NCBI RefSeq assembly: GCF_006345805.1
Contig: NC_043002.1
Location: forward strand, 49,848,001 to 49,912,000
Direction of reading: 5' to 3'
Origin: Octopus sinensis
Lineage: Eukaryota
DNA: 64,000 bases
The notes below the pieces were generated by a model that was given only the letters and a program-made list of their open reading frames with translations, had not been told where the DNA came from and did not search any database. The first letter of the stretch is position 1. The number at the start of each line of letters is the position of its first letter. Positions 11,166 to 22,522 of the stretch are shown piece by piece. Position numbers and translations under genes: made by a program.

Positions 11166-13203
11166 TATACATGAGTAAAAAGCATTCAGTCTACACCATA
11201 AAGTGGTTGGTACTCAGAAACGCATCAAGCTGTAAAAGCATCCCAAAACTAACCTTGCCTGTGCTAGTGCCACGTAAAAAACACTGAGTCCATTCTGCAG
11301 AGACGTTGGTATTTAGAAGGGCATCCAACCATAAAAACCCAGCCAAAACAGACATAGTAGGCTAGGGTAGTTTTCTATCAAGCTGGCTCCTGTCAACCAT
11401 CCTACCTATGCATGCATGGAAGATGGATGTTAAATGATGATGATGATGACATATATATATATATATATATATGTATACACACACACTCTATTTCAATGCC
11501 CTACTGTCTGGCATTACACCTTAAAAGACCATGGTAAAATTTTTATTTGATCATGTAGTTTTTCTCTTCTTTGTCTATGATATACCTAACTTGTAAATTA
11601 TAGTTACACTTATATATGCATAACGAGCTGGGCGAGCTGGTCAACATTCCCTCCTGATCAAAAGTGGGACAGAAGCAATATGAAATGAAGTGTGTTACTC
11701 AAGAACACAATGTGCCATCCAATGAGAGAATCGAACCCACGATCTAGCTATTATAACTGCAACAGCCTAACTACTAGACCACACACCCTCACATATGTGG
11801 GTATATATATACATTTATATAGATATAGATATATATGTGTGTGTGCAAATACATATACCTTTTGCTTGCTCCAGCCAGAGACCAGTGGCTGTGATCAATG
11901 AAGGGTACCAAATATAAAACTAAATATATATATGCATATATATATATACTATGCTGGTGTTTACATATTTTTGTGCATCCAGGTGTTAGCATATGAAATA
12001 GAAATCAACACACAAGCTCTTACTTTCCCTCCCCCCTCCCCACCGTCTCCCAATCTCTTCATCTTGGCTGCAACTGTCCATCTCTAGTGTAATCGCATTA
12101 GTGCAAACCAGCTTGTAACAATGTGTGTTTGTTTATTTTGAGTGGTGACTCTTAAGTGGTTGTTTGTCAACGGGAAGTTGTGGAGGCAGTTTGTATTCTC
12201 CACTGCTCTGGTTTTCTTTCTTTCTTTTCTAATTTTTTTTTTTGTTATTGCATTGCTGTTGTTTTTTTTGTACTGTAATTGGTTGTGGAGTCAGGGGGTG
12301 GGTGGGGCAGCTGCGGTAATTGTATGGCAAGGGGGCTCATGAGAGGTAGCATATTTTGTTTTACGGTCGTTTTTATTAACTGCTTCTTTAGTTTATTAAC
12401 CCTGGAGGTTATGAAAGCTAAAGCTGACCTCAGTAGGGTTCGAACTTGGAATGTAAAGAGACACAAAGAACAATACTACAAGGGGGTGGCTATTTTGTCT
12501 GATACTGTATAACAAGTCTACCTTTTGTTGTGTGTGTGTGTGCACGTGTTCATGTGTGTGTGTGTGTGTGTGTGCACGTGTGCGTGCGTGCGTGCCTCTG
12601 TGTGTGTGTATATAGGCTTGTTTCTGTCTGGATGTTTATCTGTGAATCTTCATGTATGTCTGAACACCTGTGTCTGTATCTATTTGTGCTTTGTATATGT
12701 TTGTGTGGGTGTGTGTATGTATGCGTGTTTGTGTGGGTGCATATATGTAATGCATGTTTATTTGTGTGTGTATGTGTGTATACATGTTTGTGTGTGTGTA
12801 TGTATGCATGTTTTTGTGTTTGTATTTGCAAGTGCATCAGCAAATACATATATGGAAAAGAAACACAAGGGGGATAATTCAGGAAATGTTCTGATTTTAT
12901 GGATCTCATCCCCAAAGCATAGACATCACTATTCTTGCCAGAGACATTTGTCTGTGTGTGACTGTTGAACAAACTATGTCTTTTAGTTCTGGATGCCTTT
13001 GGGTGAGTGTCTGTATTTGAGTTTCCTGTCCTGTTTTGTATGTCTGCTGTAAGCTTTTGTGTGCTTCTATATATGTGTGTCTATGCTTGTATGTACCTGC
13101 ATACTTGTATATCTGTGCAGCTGCATGTATATTTGTATATTTGTGTTATAATGCGTGCTTGAGCATGTATGTACATGCATATGTGTGTGCTCTTATCTAT
13201 ATA

Positions 13204-13234
<31 letters not shown>

Positions 13235-13535
13235 TCTTATGTATGTTAGTATCTATCTAATTATCTGTCTATATATATATAGATATATGTATGTATGAAT
13301 ATATTTGTGCATGTGTGTATTTCTTTATATCTAGTCGGCTGAGTGAATTTGGGCGCATGTATATGAGTGAGCCTATACATGTGTGTGTGTGTGCTTTTGT
13401 ACACACACACATCCCAATATAAACTAAATGCTGACCTACAAAGATACATCAGTGTCCTGACATGCCACTAATCTATGAAGTAAACTGATGACAGGACACT
13501 TCAAGACACACAATCTCTCTCTCTTTCTTTGTGTG

Positions 13536-13589
<54 letters not shown>

Positions 13590-13610
13590 TTTCCCTCTTT
13601 CTGTTTCCCT

Positions 13611-13660
<50 letters not shown>

Positions 13661-13774
13661 TACCAACACCCAACATTACCCTCGCTACTTCCTTTCAATC
13701 CACACCATACATATGTACACACATAAATGCATGCACACACATGTTCACACACACACTCACACATATTTGAGATG

Positions 13775-14280
13775 GGCTTCTTTCAGTTTCCAGCTACCAA
13801 ATCCACTCACAAGGCTTTGGTTGACACAAGAGCTATAGTAGAAGACACTTGCCCAAGTTGCCCACAGTGGGACTGAACCCGGAACCATGTGGTTAGGCAA
13901 CTTCTTACCACAGAGCCATGCCTGTGCCTATATATATATATATATAGTTCTGGGTTCAGTCCCACTGCATGGTACTTTGGGCAAGTGTCTTCTACTATAG
14001 CCTTGGGCCAATCAAAGCCTTGTGAGTGAATTTGGTAAATGAAAGCTCAAAGAAGCCTGTCATGCATATATCTGTGTGTGTGTGTGTGTTTATGTTTGTC
14101 CCCCCCCCCCATAACCACTTGACACCTGGTGTTGGTGTGTTTACATCTCTATAACTTAGTGGTTCGGTGAAAGAGACCGATAGAATAAAGACTGAGCCCT
14201 GGAGCCAATTTCTTCGTCTAAAAAAAAAACATTTTAAGCATGGCCGCAATCAAATGACTGAAACAAGTAAAAGAATAAAA
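13775..14280. mobile_element. Two family B SINEs head-to-head (13775-13928 -, 13948-14280 +)
   Basis: The shared segment GGTTC..GTTCAGTCCCACTG..GGGCAA.TGTCTTCTACTATAGC..CAAAGCCTTGTGAGTG.ATTTGGTA is present in opposite orientations around a short (TA)n. Confidence 0.85.
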
Positions 14281-15004
14281 GAACGTGTGCGTGTGTGTGT
14301 GTGCATGCGTGTGTGTGTGTATGCATGCACATGTATGTGTCTGTATGTATCAAATATGTAATGGGGGGGTGCTTCTTGTCAGTCATTCCTCTTGTTCCTT
14401 TTTTTCTCTTTTATGTCATTTATACCTTTTCTGCTACCCCCTTCCCCCCCCCGTGGAATAAGAACCGCCACCACTACCATCACCATCATCACAACCCCAC
14501 CCACCCATCCACACCCAACCACTACTTCCACTACCATTCCCTGCTGACACCTCCGTTCTCCTCCCTCCTCCGTTCGCCCCCCCCTCACCCCCCTCCTCCT
14601 CCTCCACCCTTCCCTTAACACTTTTTTGACTGAATGCCAGCTATTGTTTACTTGCTAAAGAAGTGTTTTATACTTACTTCTTTGCTTTTGTTGGTGTTGG
14701 TGGTGTCAGACGATTATTGGGTGTATGTGCATGCATATGTATGAATATGTAATGTATATGTATGTGCATGTATGCATGTGTGTGTGTGTACTTGTGTGTT
14801 GGAGGGTGTTGTTGGTGTGCATGTACGGAGTCGGTGTGGGGGTGAATGGCAGGAGCTTGTTTACATTTTTGTTTATAAACTCATAATTGTTTGCAATGAG
14901 GAAAATATATACACATGTGTAAATATATGTAAATATATATATATATCATTCCCCGCCCCCGCCTGTTTCTTTATCATCAGTCTCACACACATATGTATAG
15001 TTTA

Positions 15005-15247
15005 AGGTGCGTGGTTTAGTGGTTAGAGTGTTTGGCTTGTGATCGTAAGGCGGCGTGTTGTGTCCTTGAGCAAGACACTTTATTTCACGCAGGAGTGGCT
15101 GTGTGGTAAGTAGCTTGCTAACCAACCACATGGTTCCGGGTTCAGTCCCACTGTGTGGCATCTTGGGCAAGTGTCTTCTGGTATAGCCCCGGGCCAACCA
15201 ATGCCTTGTGAGTGGATTTGGTAGACGGAAACTGAAAGAAGCCTGTC

Positions 15248-15293
<46 letters not shown>

Positions 15294-15690
15294 TTGTGTG
15301 TGTCCCCGTAGCATTGCTTTGGTGTGTTTACGTCCCCGTAACTTAGCGGTTCGGCAAAAGAGACCGATAGAATAAGTACTGGGCTTACAAAGAATAAGTC
15401 CTGGGGTCGATTTGCTCGACTAAAGGCGGTGCTCCATCATGGCCGCAGTCAAAATGACTGAAACAAGTAAAAGAGTTCTTCCAGTCCACTCAGTTGGTAA
15501 AAATGAGTAGTACCTGTAATTCAAAAGGCCAGCCTCGTCACATTCTGTGTCATGCTGATTCTCCTTGAGAACTACATTAAGGGTACACGTGTCTGTGATG
15601 TGCTCAGCCACTTTGCACATTAATTTCACAAGCTGGCTGTTCCATTGATCAGATCAACTGGAACCCACATCATCATAACTGATAGAGCCA
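15005..15690 (+). mobile_element. Family D SINE split by a full-length family B SINE
   Basis: D head ends ACACTTTATTTCAC (15088) and resumes GTTCTTCCAGTCCACTCAG (15475). The intact D copy at 22741 reads ACTTTATTTCAC|GTTGCTCCAGTCCACTCAG. Confidence 0.85.
15089..15474 (+). mobile_element. SINE family B, full length (tRNA-like head, internal (TA)n(TG)n, conserved 3' half)
   Basis: GCAGGAGTGGCTGTGTGGTAAG..GGTTCCGGGTTCAGTCCC..CTTGGGCAAGTGTCTTC..microsatellite..GGCGGTGCTCCA.CATGGCCGCAGTC..GACTGAAACAAGTAAAAGA. Similar full copies at 42437-42851 -, 52053-52446 -, 54078-54514 +. Confidence 0.9.
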
Positions 15691-16010
15691 GTTATATATA
15701 TATATATATACTCAGGCACACACACATATACACACACACTCACACACACACTCACATATATATATATATATATTGATAGATAGATAGATAGATAGATTAG
15801 ATGTTATATATTTATAATCAGGTGCAGGAGTGGCTGTGTCGTGAGAAGCTTGCTTCCCAACCACATGGTTCTGGGTTCAGTCCCACTGCATGACACCTTG
15901 GGGAAATGTCTTCTGCTATAGCTTCAGGCCAAGCCAAAGCCTTGTGAGTGGATTTGGTAGATGGAGACTGACAGAAGCCCGTTGTATATGGTGGTGGTTG
16001 TTGTTGTTAC

Positions 16011-16045
<35 letters not shown>

Positions 16046-16209
16046 TATTAGACACCATCGTGGTTGACTTTGCCTTTCCTCCTTTCGGAGCCCATAAAGT
16101 AAGAACCAGTTATGCACTGAAGTCGACGTAATCAACTATCGTCCTCCCTCAGTTTTCAGGTCTTGTGCCTATTGTAGACAGATGATTATTATTATTATTA
16201 TTGTTATTA

Positions 16210-16246
<37 letters not shown>

Positions 16247-16442
16247 AAAAAGTTTCTTTTGTATCTAAAATGGATCATTGTCTCTCATAATACTGTACAG
16301 AATCTTATTTTACTGTATTTATGGTACCTGTATTATATTAGGTTCATAAAACTACTTAAATCATATTTTTCATTTCTTCCTATTTCTCTCATTTTTACTA
16401 TATTCAAAGTATTAATGATAATACTTATCTCTCTCTCTAATC

Positions 16443-16476
<34 letters not shown>

Positions 16477-16522
16477 AAATGTGTACTTTCATATAAGAGA
16501 ACAAAGTGTATGTACGTCGCTG

Positions 16523-16557
<35 letters not shown>

Positions 16558-17689
16558 ATTTGTATGTATGTATGTATGTGTGTGTGTGTGTGTATATTTT
16601 ATCTTTTACTTGTTTCATTCATCAAACCCCAGCCATGCTGAGACACTGCCTTGAAGAATTTTAGTGGAACACATCAAAACCAGTACTTATTATTTTCTTT
16701 TTTTAAACCTAGTACTTACTCTATTAGTCTCTTTTTCCAAACTGCTAAGTTAGGAGGATGGTGGATGACAAACAGACACATAGAAACAGCCACATAAAAG
16801 CCCCCATGTGGGGCCACATAGAAGCATCCAGCACACGCTGTAAAGTGGTTGGCTTTAGAAAAGACATCCAACCATAAAAACCATGCCAAACCAGACTAAA
16901 TTTGGTGCAGCAGCCCCCACTACATCAACCAAACCATTCCAGCATGGTAAATGGACATTAAATGATGATGATAATGATATATTTATATAGTTTCCATCTA
17001 CCAAGTCCACTCACAAGGCCTTGGTCTGTAGAAGACACTTGCCTAAGGTACCACACAGTGGGACTGAACCTGGGAGAATGTGGTTGAGAAGCAAGCTGTT
17101 TACCACATAACCATGCCTGTATATATAGTCTTGCCTATAATTTTCCTCATTTAGTGAGGATGAATATCAATACCATTTCACCTCTGACCATCCCATCGAG
17201 GACATTTAGAACTAGTGTTCACGATATGCTTTTTCTTTTCTTTTAGATTGTACGTGTGATTTGAGATAGGTTTAGCTGCTATTTCTAGCATTCTGCACGA
17301 CTGTGTTGAGGCACGATCATCAGTACATCTCAGAGTCATTTGTATCAATAGAAAAGTGTTAAGTAAACAATTAGTTAGACTGTAATATAATTAGTTTATA
17401 CAAGCCATTTATGTGTGTGTGTGTGCCAGCTAACATACTGGATTATAATTAGTTTTCACACTGTGTCCCTTGTGTATGTGTATTTATGTATGCATATGCT
17501 GTCTACTGTGTGTCTATGCTATGTACCTTTTTATGCATATGCTTCTTACTGTGAGTGTTGTGTGACTGAATACACTTCCACTTGTATGCGTATATATGCA
17601 TTCATTCATGCATTGTGTAAGTGAATATGCTTTCTACTGTATGTGTATATATATATATATGCTTTCAAATGTGTATATTATGCTTCATC

Positions 17690-18088
17690 ATCATCATCAT
17701 AATCATCGTTTAAGATCCGTTTTCCATGCTAGCATGGGTTGGACAGTTCAACTGGGGTCTGGGAAGCCAGAAGGCTGTGCCAGGCTCCAATCTGATCTGG
17801 CAGAGTTCCTACAGCTGGATGCTCTTCCTAATGCCAACCACTCCGTGAGTGTAGTGGGTGCTTTTTACGTGCCAGTGAAGAATATGCTTGTACTGCATCC
17901 TGGTGCCACATAAAAAGCACTCTGTCCACTCTACAGAGCGATTGGTATTAGAAAGGGCATCCAGCCATAAAAAGCCATGCCAAAACAGACACAGAAGTAT
18001 GGTGCTGGCTTCTGCCTGGCTAGCTCCAGTCAAACCATCCAACCCATGCTAGCACAGAAGGAGGATGTTACACAATGGTGATGATGAT
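17690..18088. mobile_element. Inverted pair of family C SINEs (17690-17874 -, 17904-18088 +)
   Basis: GTGCTTTTTACGTGCCA faces TGCCACATAAAAAGCAC across about 29 nt; the (CAT)n and (GAT)n tails point outward. Confidence 0.8.
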
Positions 18089-18500
18089 AATGTACGCATA
18101 TATATGCTTTTGTTTACAAGTACAAATATGCTTCCTATAATATGTGTCTGTATGCTCTAAATTGTGTGTGTGTATGTTATCTATTGTGTATGTGTGTTTC
18201 ATCATTACTGCTATGTGCATGCCATCCAATCTGCATATGTGTGTGTGCATGTGTGTGCATTCACAAAGCTATAAACAAAGGCCACATTGGATAAAGTAAT
18301 CCTAAATCTCTCTTTCTCTCCCTCCATCTATTTTGCTTGATTCACAAGTGCCGACACTTATGGACCTCAGTGCCAAAGTGTAAAGATGCATGAATTTTCT
18401 TGGAAAAAATACAGCAGTGTTTTACACTGGTGCCTTCTGTGAATCTATTGAGAGTTTACTCTGCCTTTCTCCTACACTCTGAAGCTTTAGCATTAATTAG

Positions 18501-19028
18501 CCCTTTAGAGTTCAGATTACACTCTCAAATGTAATTTTTATTCATAGACATTATTTTGCTCGTAGCTTCAAGATTTCAATGATGTGTGTGTTTAGTTTTA
18601 AAATGACATTGTCAGGTTAGAGAGGTCAGATCAGGTTGGATTGAACACAAAACAGACAGAATATTAAGGACTAGATATAAAAAAAAACGTCGCCCTTTTC
18701 AAGCCTAGCCAGGCTCATGGGCCCGGTTTCCCAGTTTCTGTGGCGTATGTGTTCCCCTCAGCTGGATGGGACGCCAGTCCATCGCAGCATTACTCAAGAA
18801 ACAGGAAGAGAGAGTGAGAGAAAGTTGTGACGAAAGAGTACAACAGGGGTCGCCACCCACCCCCTGCCGGAGCCTCATGGCACTTTTAGGTGTTTTCACT
18901 CAATAAACACACACAATGCCTGGTCTGGAAATTGAAACTGAGATCCTCCGACCGCGAGTCCGCTGCCCTAACCGCTGAGCCATTGCGCCTCCACAGGACT
19001 GGATATGGCTGGTTTAAATGCTAAAGAT
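18501..19028. mobile_element. piggyBac-type MITE (CCCTTTAG..ATGCTAAAG, TTAA-type flanks) hosting a SINE
   Basis: TTAG|CCCTTTAGAGTTCAGATTAC at the left end, AATGCTAAAGAT|TTAA at the right; the internal sequence matches the copy at 32719-33356. Confidence 0.75.
18679..18994 (-). mobile_element. SINE family E, full length, with 12-bp TSD
   Basis: Reverse complement: GGAGGCGCAATGGCTCAGCGGTTAGGGCAGCGGACTCGCGGTC (tRNA-like head) ... GCGATGGACTGGCGTCCCATCCAG ... oligo-T tail. TSD AGGACTAGATAT (18667-18678) / AGGACTGGATAT (18995-19006). Confidence 0.85.
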
Positions 19029-20044
19029 TTAAATTCCATGATCATTCCTATAATAATGTTAATTATCTACTAAAAAATAGAATTGATAATCTCTGTTTCT
19101 GCAATACTTTTTCAGTATCTTCTATAAGAACAGTCTTCATATACACCTCTAAATGCATCTAAGTCTTGCTCTGTAAAGAGGTATTTAATAGAATATATGA
19201 GAAAATTAAGAAAATCTGAAAAATTGTCCCTGCTTCACACAGCTTAAGCAGAGGTCTTTTTCAAAACTGTGGGGGTAAATTGCTTTCTACAGTTAGTGGT
19301 TATAAAATTTTGTGTCAATATGTTTGCTTTCTGAATTCAAACAATTAAGATGTAGAACCCATCCATCAGTGGACCTGTGGGACACATATATGAGAGCCAT
19401 CCCCCACTCCAAGTTCTGTATGCATTGGCCATAGATCATCTATTTGACCCACAATTGGGCTTTTGATGACTCTGGCCAGCATAGTTTTGGGAGTAGTTTG
19501 ACAAATCACCTGATCCCTTCAGCTGAAGCCTCACCATCAGATGCAGTTTAATGTCATACCCAAGCAGGACCCAGCTGCACTTGGGGACAACTGTAATCCA
19601 TAGCCAAAGAGCATGGCTGATGGAGATCTCTTGTTGGTGTCCTATAATCCACATGGAATCAAAAGCACCCAGCACAGCCAGTGGCATGGAAACAGTGTCC
19701 TGGTGCTCTCTGTGAAGTGGTTGACATTAAGAAGGGCATCCAGCTATAGAAACCATTCCATAACTGACATTGGAGCTTGATATAGTGCAGCAGTTCACCA
19801 GCCCCTTGTCAAACCATCCAACCCATGCCAGCATAGAAAATGGTCATTAGATGATGCTGATGATGATGATGGTGGTGGTGGTGAAAAATATATTACAAAT
19901 GCATTATGCAGTGTATAGAAAGAGGTACTGATATTAAATATGATGACTTGAAACATAAAGACAACCTGATTAATAACAGAACAAAGAAGCACTTCATGTG
20001 GTTAGTTGACTTGCTAGAATTAACAGCTACAGCTCACTCAAAAG

Positions 20045-20562
20045 AAAATTCAGGAGGATCAGTAAAATTATGATTTTATGCAACATGTTCCCCTCTCAAA
20101 TTCATATGCTTATTGCAGTGGTCCTTCAGTTTTTCTAAGCTCAGTAAAACAACTTTGAAGGTTGGGCCTCCAACCAGGCCTTAATATTATAAAAGGAGGA
20201 CACTTTGGATTATGTACTCTTAGATATACTATGGCTTAAACAAAATGTCAAGATGATCGTAATACAACACTATAATTCACTCTCTAACCTAAATTTCATT
20301 TATGACCATAAATACCTAAGTAATAAATATGCTGGCACACTTATATAAGAGTGTGTCTGATTTGGTCAGTATGAGGGGTTGCTGAAAAGTTCCTGGCTTT
20401 AATGGTATCCCAAAAAGCCTGGCTGGAAGCCCAACCTTCTCAGTTCTTTTACAAGGCTCAGAAAAACTGAAGGACTGCTGCAATGAATGTATGAATCTAA
20501 GAAGGGAATATGTCCAATAAAATCATAATTAACTGATCCTCATTCAGCCATAGAAACCACGT
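20045..20562. mobile_element. Two mariner-derived MITE copies in inverted orientation (about 20045-20190 -, 20370-20562 +)
   Basis: TA|TGAGGGGTTGCTGAAAAGTTCCTGGC TIR-like start at 20372; decayed mariner 3'-end-like sequence; GGAGGATCAGT..ATTATGATTTT at about 20050 is the reverse complement of 20519-20541. Confidence 0.7.
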
Positions 20563-20564
20563 GT

Positions 20565-20624
<60 letters not shown>

Positions 20625-21272
20625 GGACAGAGAGAGGTCAGAAGACACACAAACACTCACCAACATATATAGAAATGCATGCGTGCACACACACACACAC
20701 ACAGCTGTACATGGACACATGTAATAGACATGTGTATCTGCATATATATAGTCACATACATCTACATATAGATGTGCACATACACACATATGCATGCAAC
20801 AATGCACAATAGCACATATACTTGCATTTACGGTCAGTTACATTGTATTTCATATATAGACACGAATATCTGTATTTTTTTGAGACACACACACACATGC
20901 ATACAAACGCACACACAGAGCTCTGCCTGTATAGACACACTCAGACACCTCCCGTCATCTGCTGCCTCCACTCATAGACAGAATCATAAATCAATGACTG
21001 TCTCAATTCTGACTCTGTCACTTGAGGTGATTTATTGTCCAGCAATAGCCAAGTGGTCAGCAAAAACTCAGCATTGGCTCAAGCAGCAATAGTGCAGGTT
21101 TGATATATTGCAGCCTGTCAGCTGACATTCTTAATTAATTTGTGATGCAAACTGGTAAAACACACACACACAAACAGACACAAATACACACACATATATG
21201 CATATGTATCTGTCTGTCTCTCTCTCTCTCTCTCTCCTAGTATGTGTATCTATATACATATATATATATACA

Positions 21273-22522
21273 TCTTATATATAAACGGCAATTTCTGTCT
21301 TTCTGTCTGTTACCATCTTGCTGCCTAAACCAGTGAACCAATCTTCACAAAAGCTTGCATGTTTGTTAACTAAAATCCAGTTCAATAATAGATTAATTGG
21401 ATTTCAATAAAAATCTATAATATACCCCCTAGTGGGGTTGGGCGAATTTTATGATAAAATGAGAAGAGTGCAAAAAGTATTAGTGTGAGGGAAACGTGGT
21501 GGCAGAGTGAGTGTGACTGATATCAGGGATGGAGAGAACAGTACTGTGTTAGCAACGAATATGGAGTGGCAGTGAGATGATAACATTAATACAGCTGTCA
21601 TATACACGTAACTTCATAAATACACACACACATACACATAAGTAACTTTTAAAATGCAGAGGAAGTGAAAGAAAAGTGATTATGGGGAATACGTAGCTTT
21701 AAGGAGAGAGAGGGTAGGTGGCTTTTCCGCTGTCCATCGCAAAGAAACACTCACATACAGATACACACACATAGATACAGATATATATATACATAAAACG
21801 TACATATATGCATATGTCTACTATACACCATTTTAAACTCATGATTACCTGTATATATATTTGTAAATGTGTGTGTGTGTGTTTGTGTGTGTGTGTCTTT
21901 GTGTCTTTGTGTGTATGTGTGTGTGTGTGTTTGTGTGAGTGTGTCCTATAACTGTCTGTCTCTCTACTTTTGTAGAGTCTTCCTTGTTGCTGTCACATAA
22001 TATGAGATTTTAGAATTACATCGAAATTTTCAAATTTGGTATATTGAAATAATTATCCATCTTAAATCTGATTTTGTTATTACTTTGTTCCAGAAAAATT
22101 GCAGAAAAATGTTACTGAGATTTAAATTTTAACCAATTTTACCTAATCAGAAAACAGGATTTCGAAGCTGGCATTTTCTGCATGATAGCTGTCTATCACA
22201 GAATGAATACAAAATCATTAGGAGGAGGAATTTTTATTAAACAAACAGAAGCAAGACATTACAACGACCAAAGTTGTAAGAACTTCTGAAGTTTCAATAA
22301 GTTTTAATGAATAATGTCATGTGAAATGGTCGAACAGACATGTAAATAATTTAAAAAGGAAAAAAATCTTAACGAAGTTTTTTTGCAAAAAATTACACAA
22401 CTCTGTCCTGATCAAGAGGCCTACCTATCCGGGAAAGCATGGTCTGACATGGGATAAACAAACATTTATATAAGACATACTATTGTAAAAATTGCCTGGG
22501 CAACAACAGGCTATGCAGCTAG
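21273..22522 (+). mobile_element. Non-autonomous Helitron, about 1.25 kb
   Basis: A|TCTTATATATAAACGGCA 5' end; 3' hairpin GCCTG-GGCAACAA-CAGGC (22494-22511), then CTAG (22519-22522). That the two ends belong to one element is inferred. Confidence 0.65.

Noticed and set aside
12880-12960. Protein kinase subdomain IX-like motif NSDVYALG on the minus strand
   Set aside because: No neighbouring kinase motifs (APE, DFG, HRD) in frame or in nearby candidate exons.
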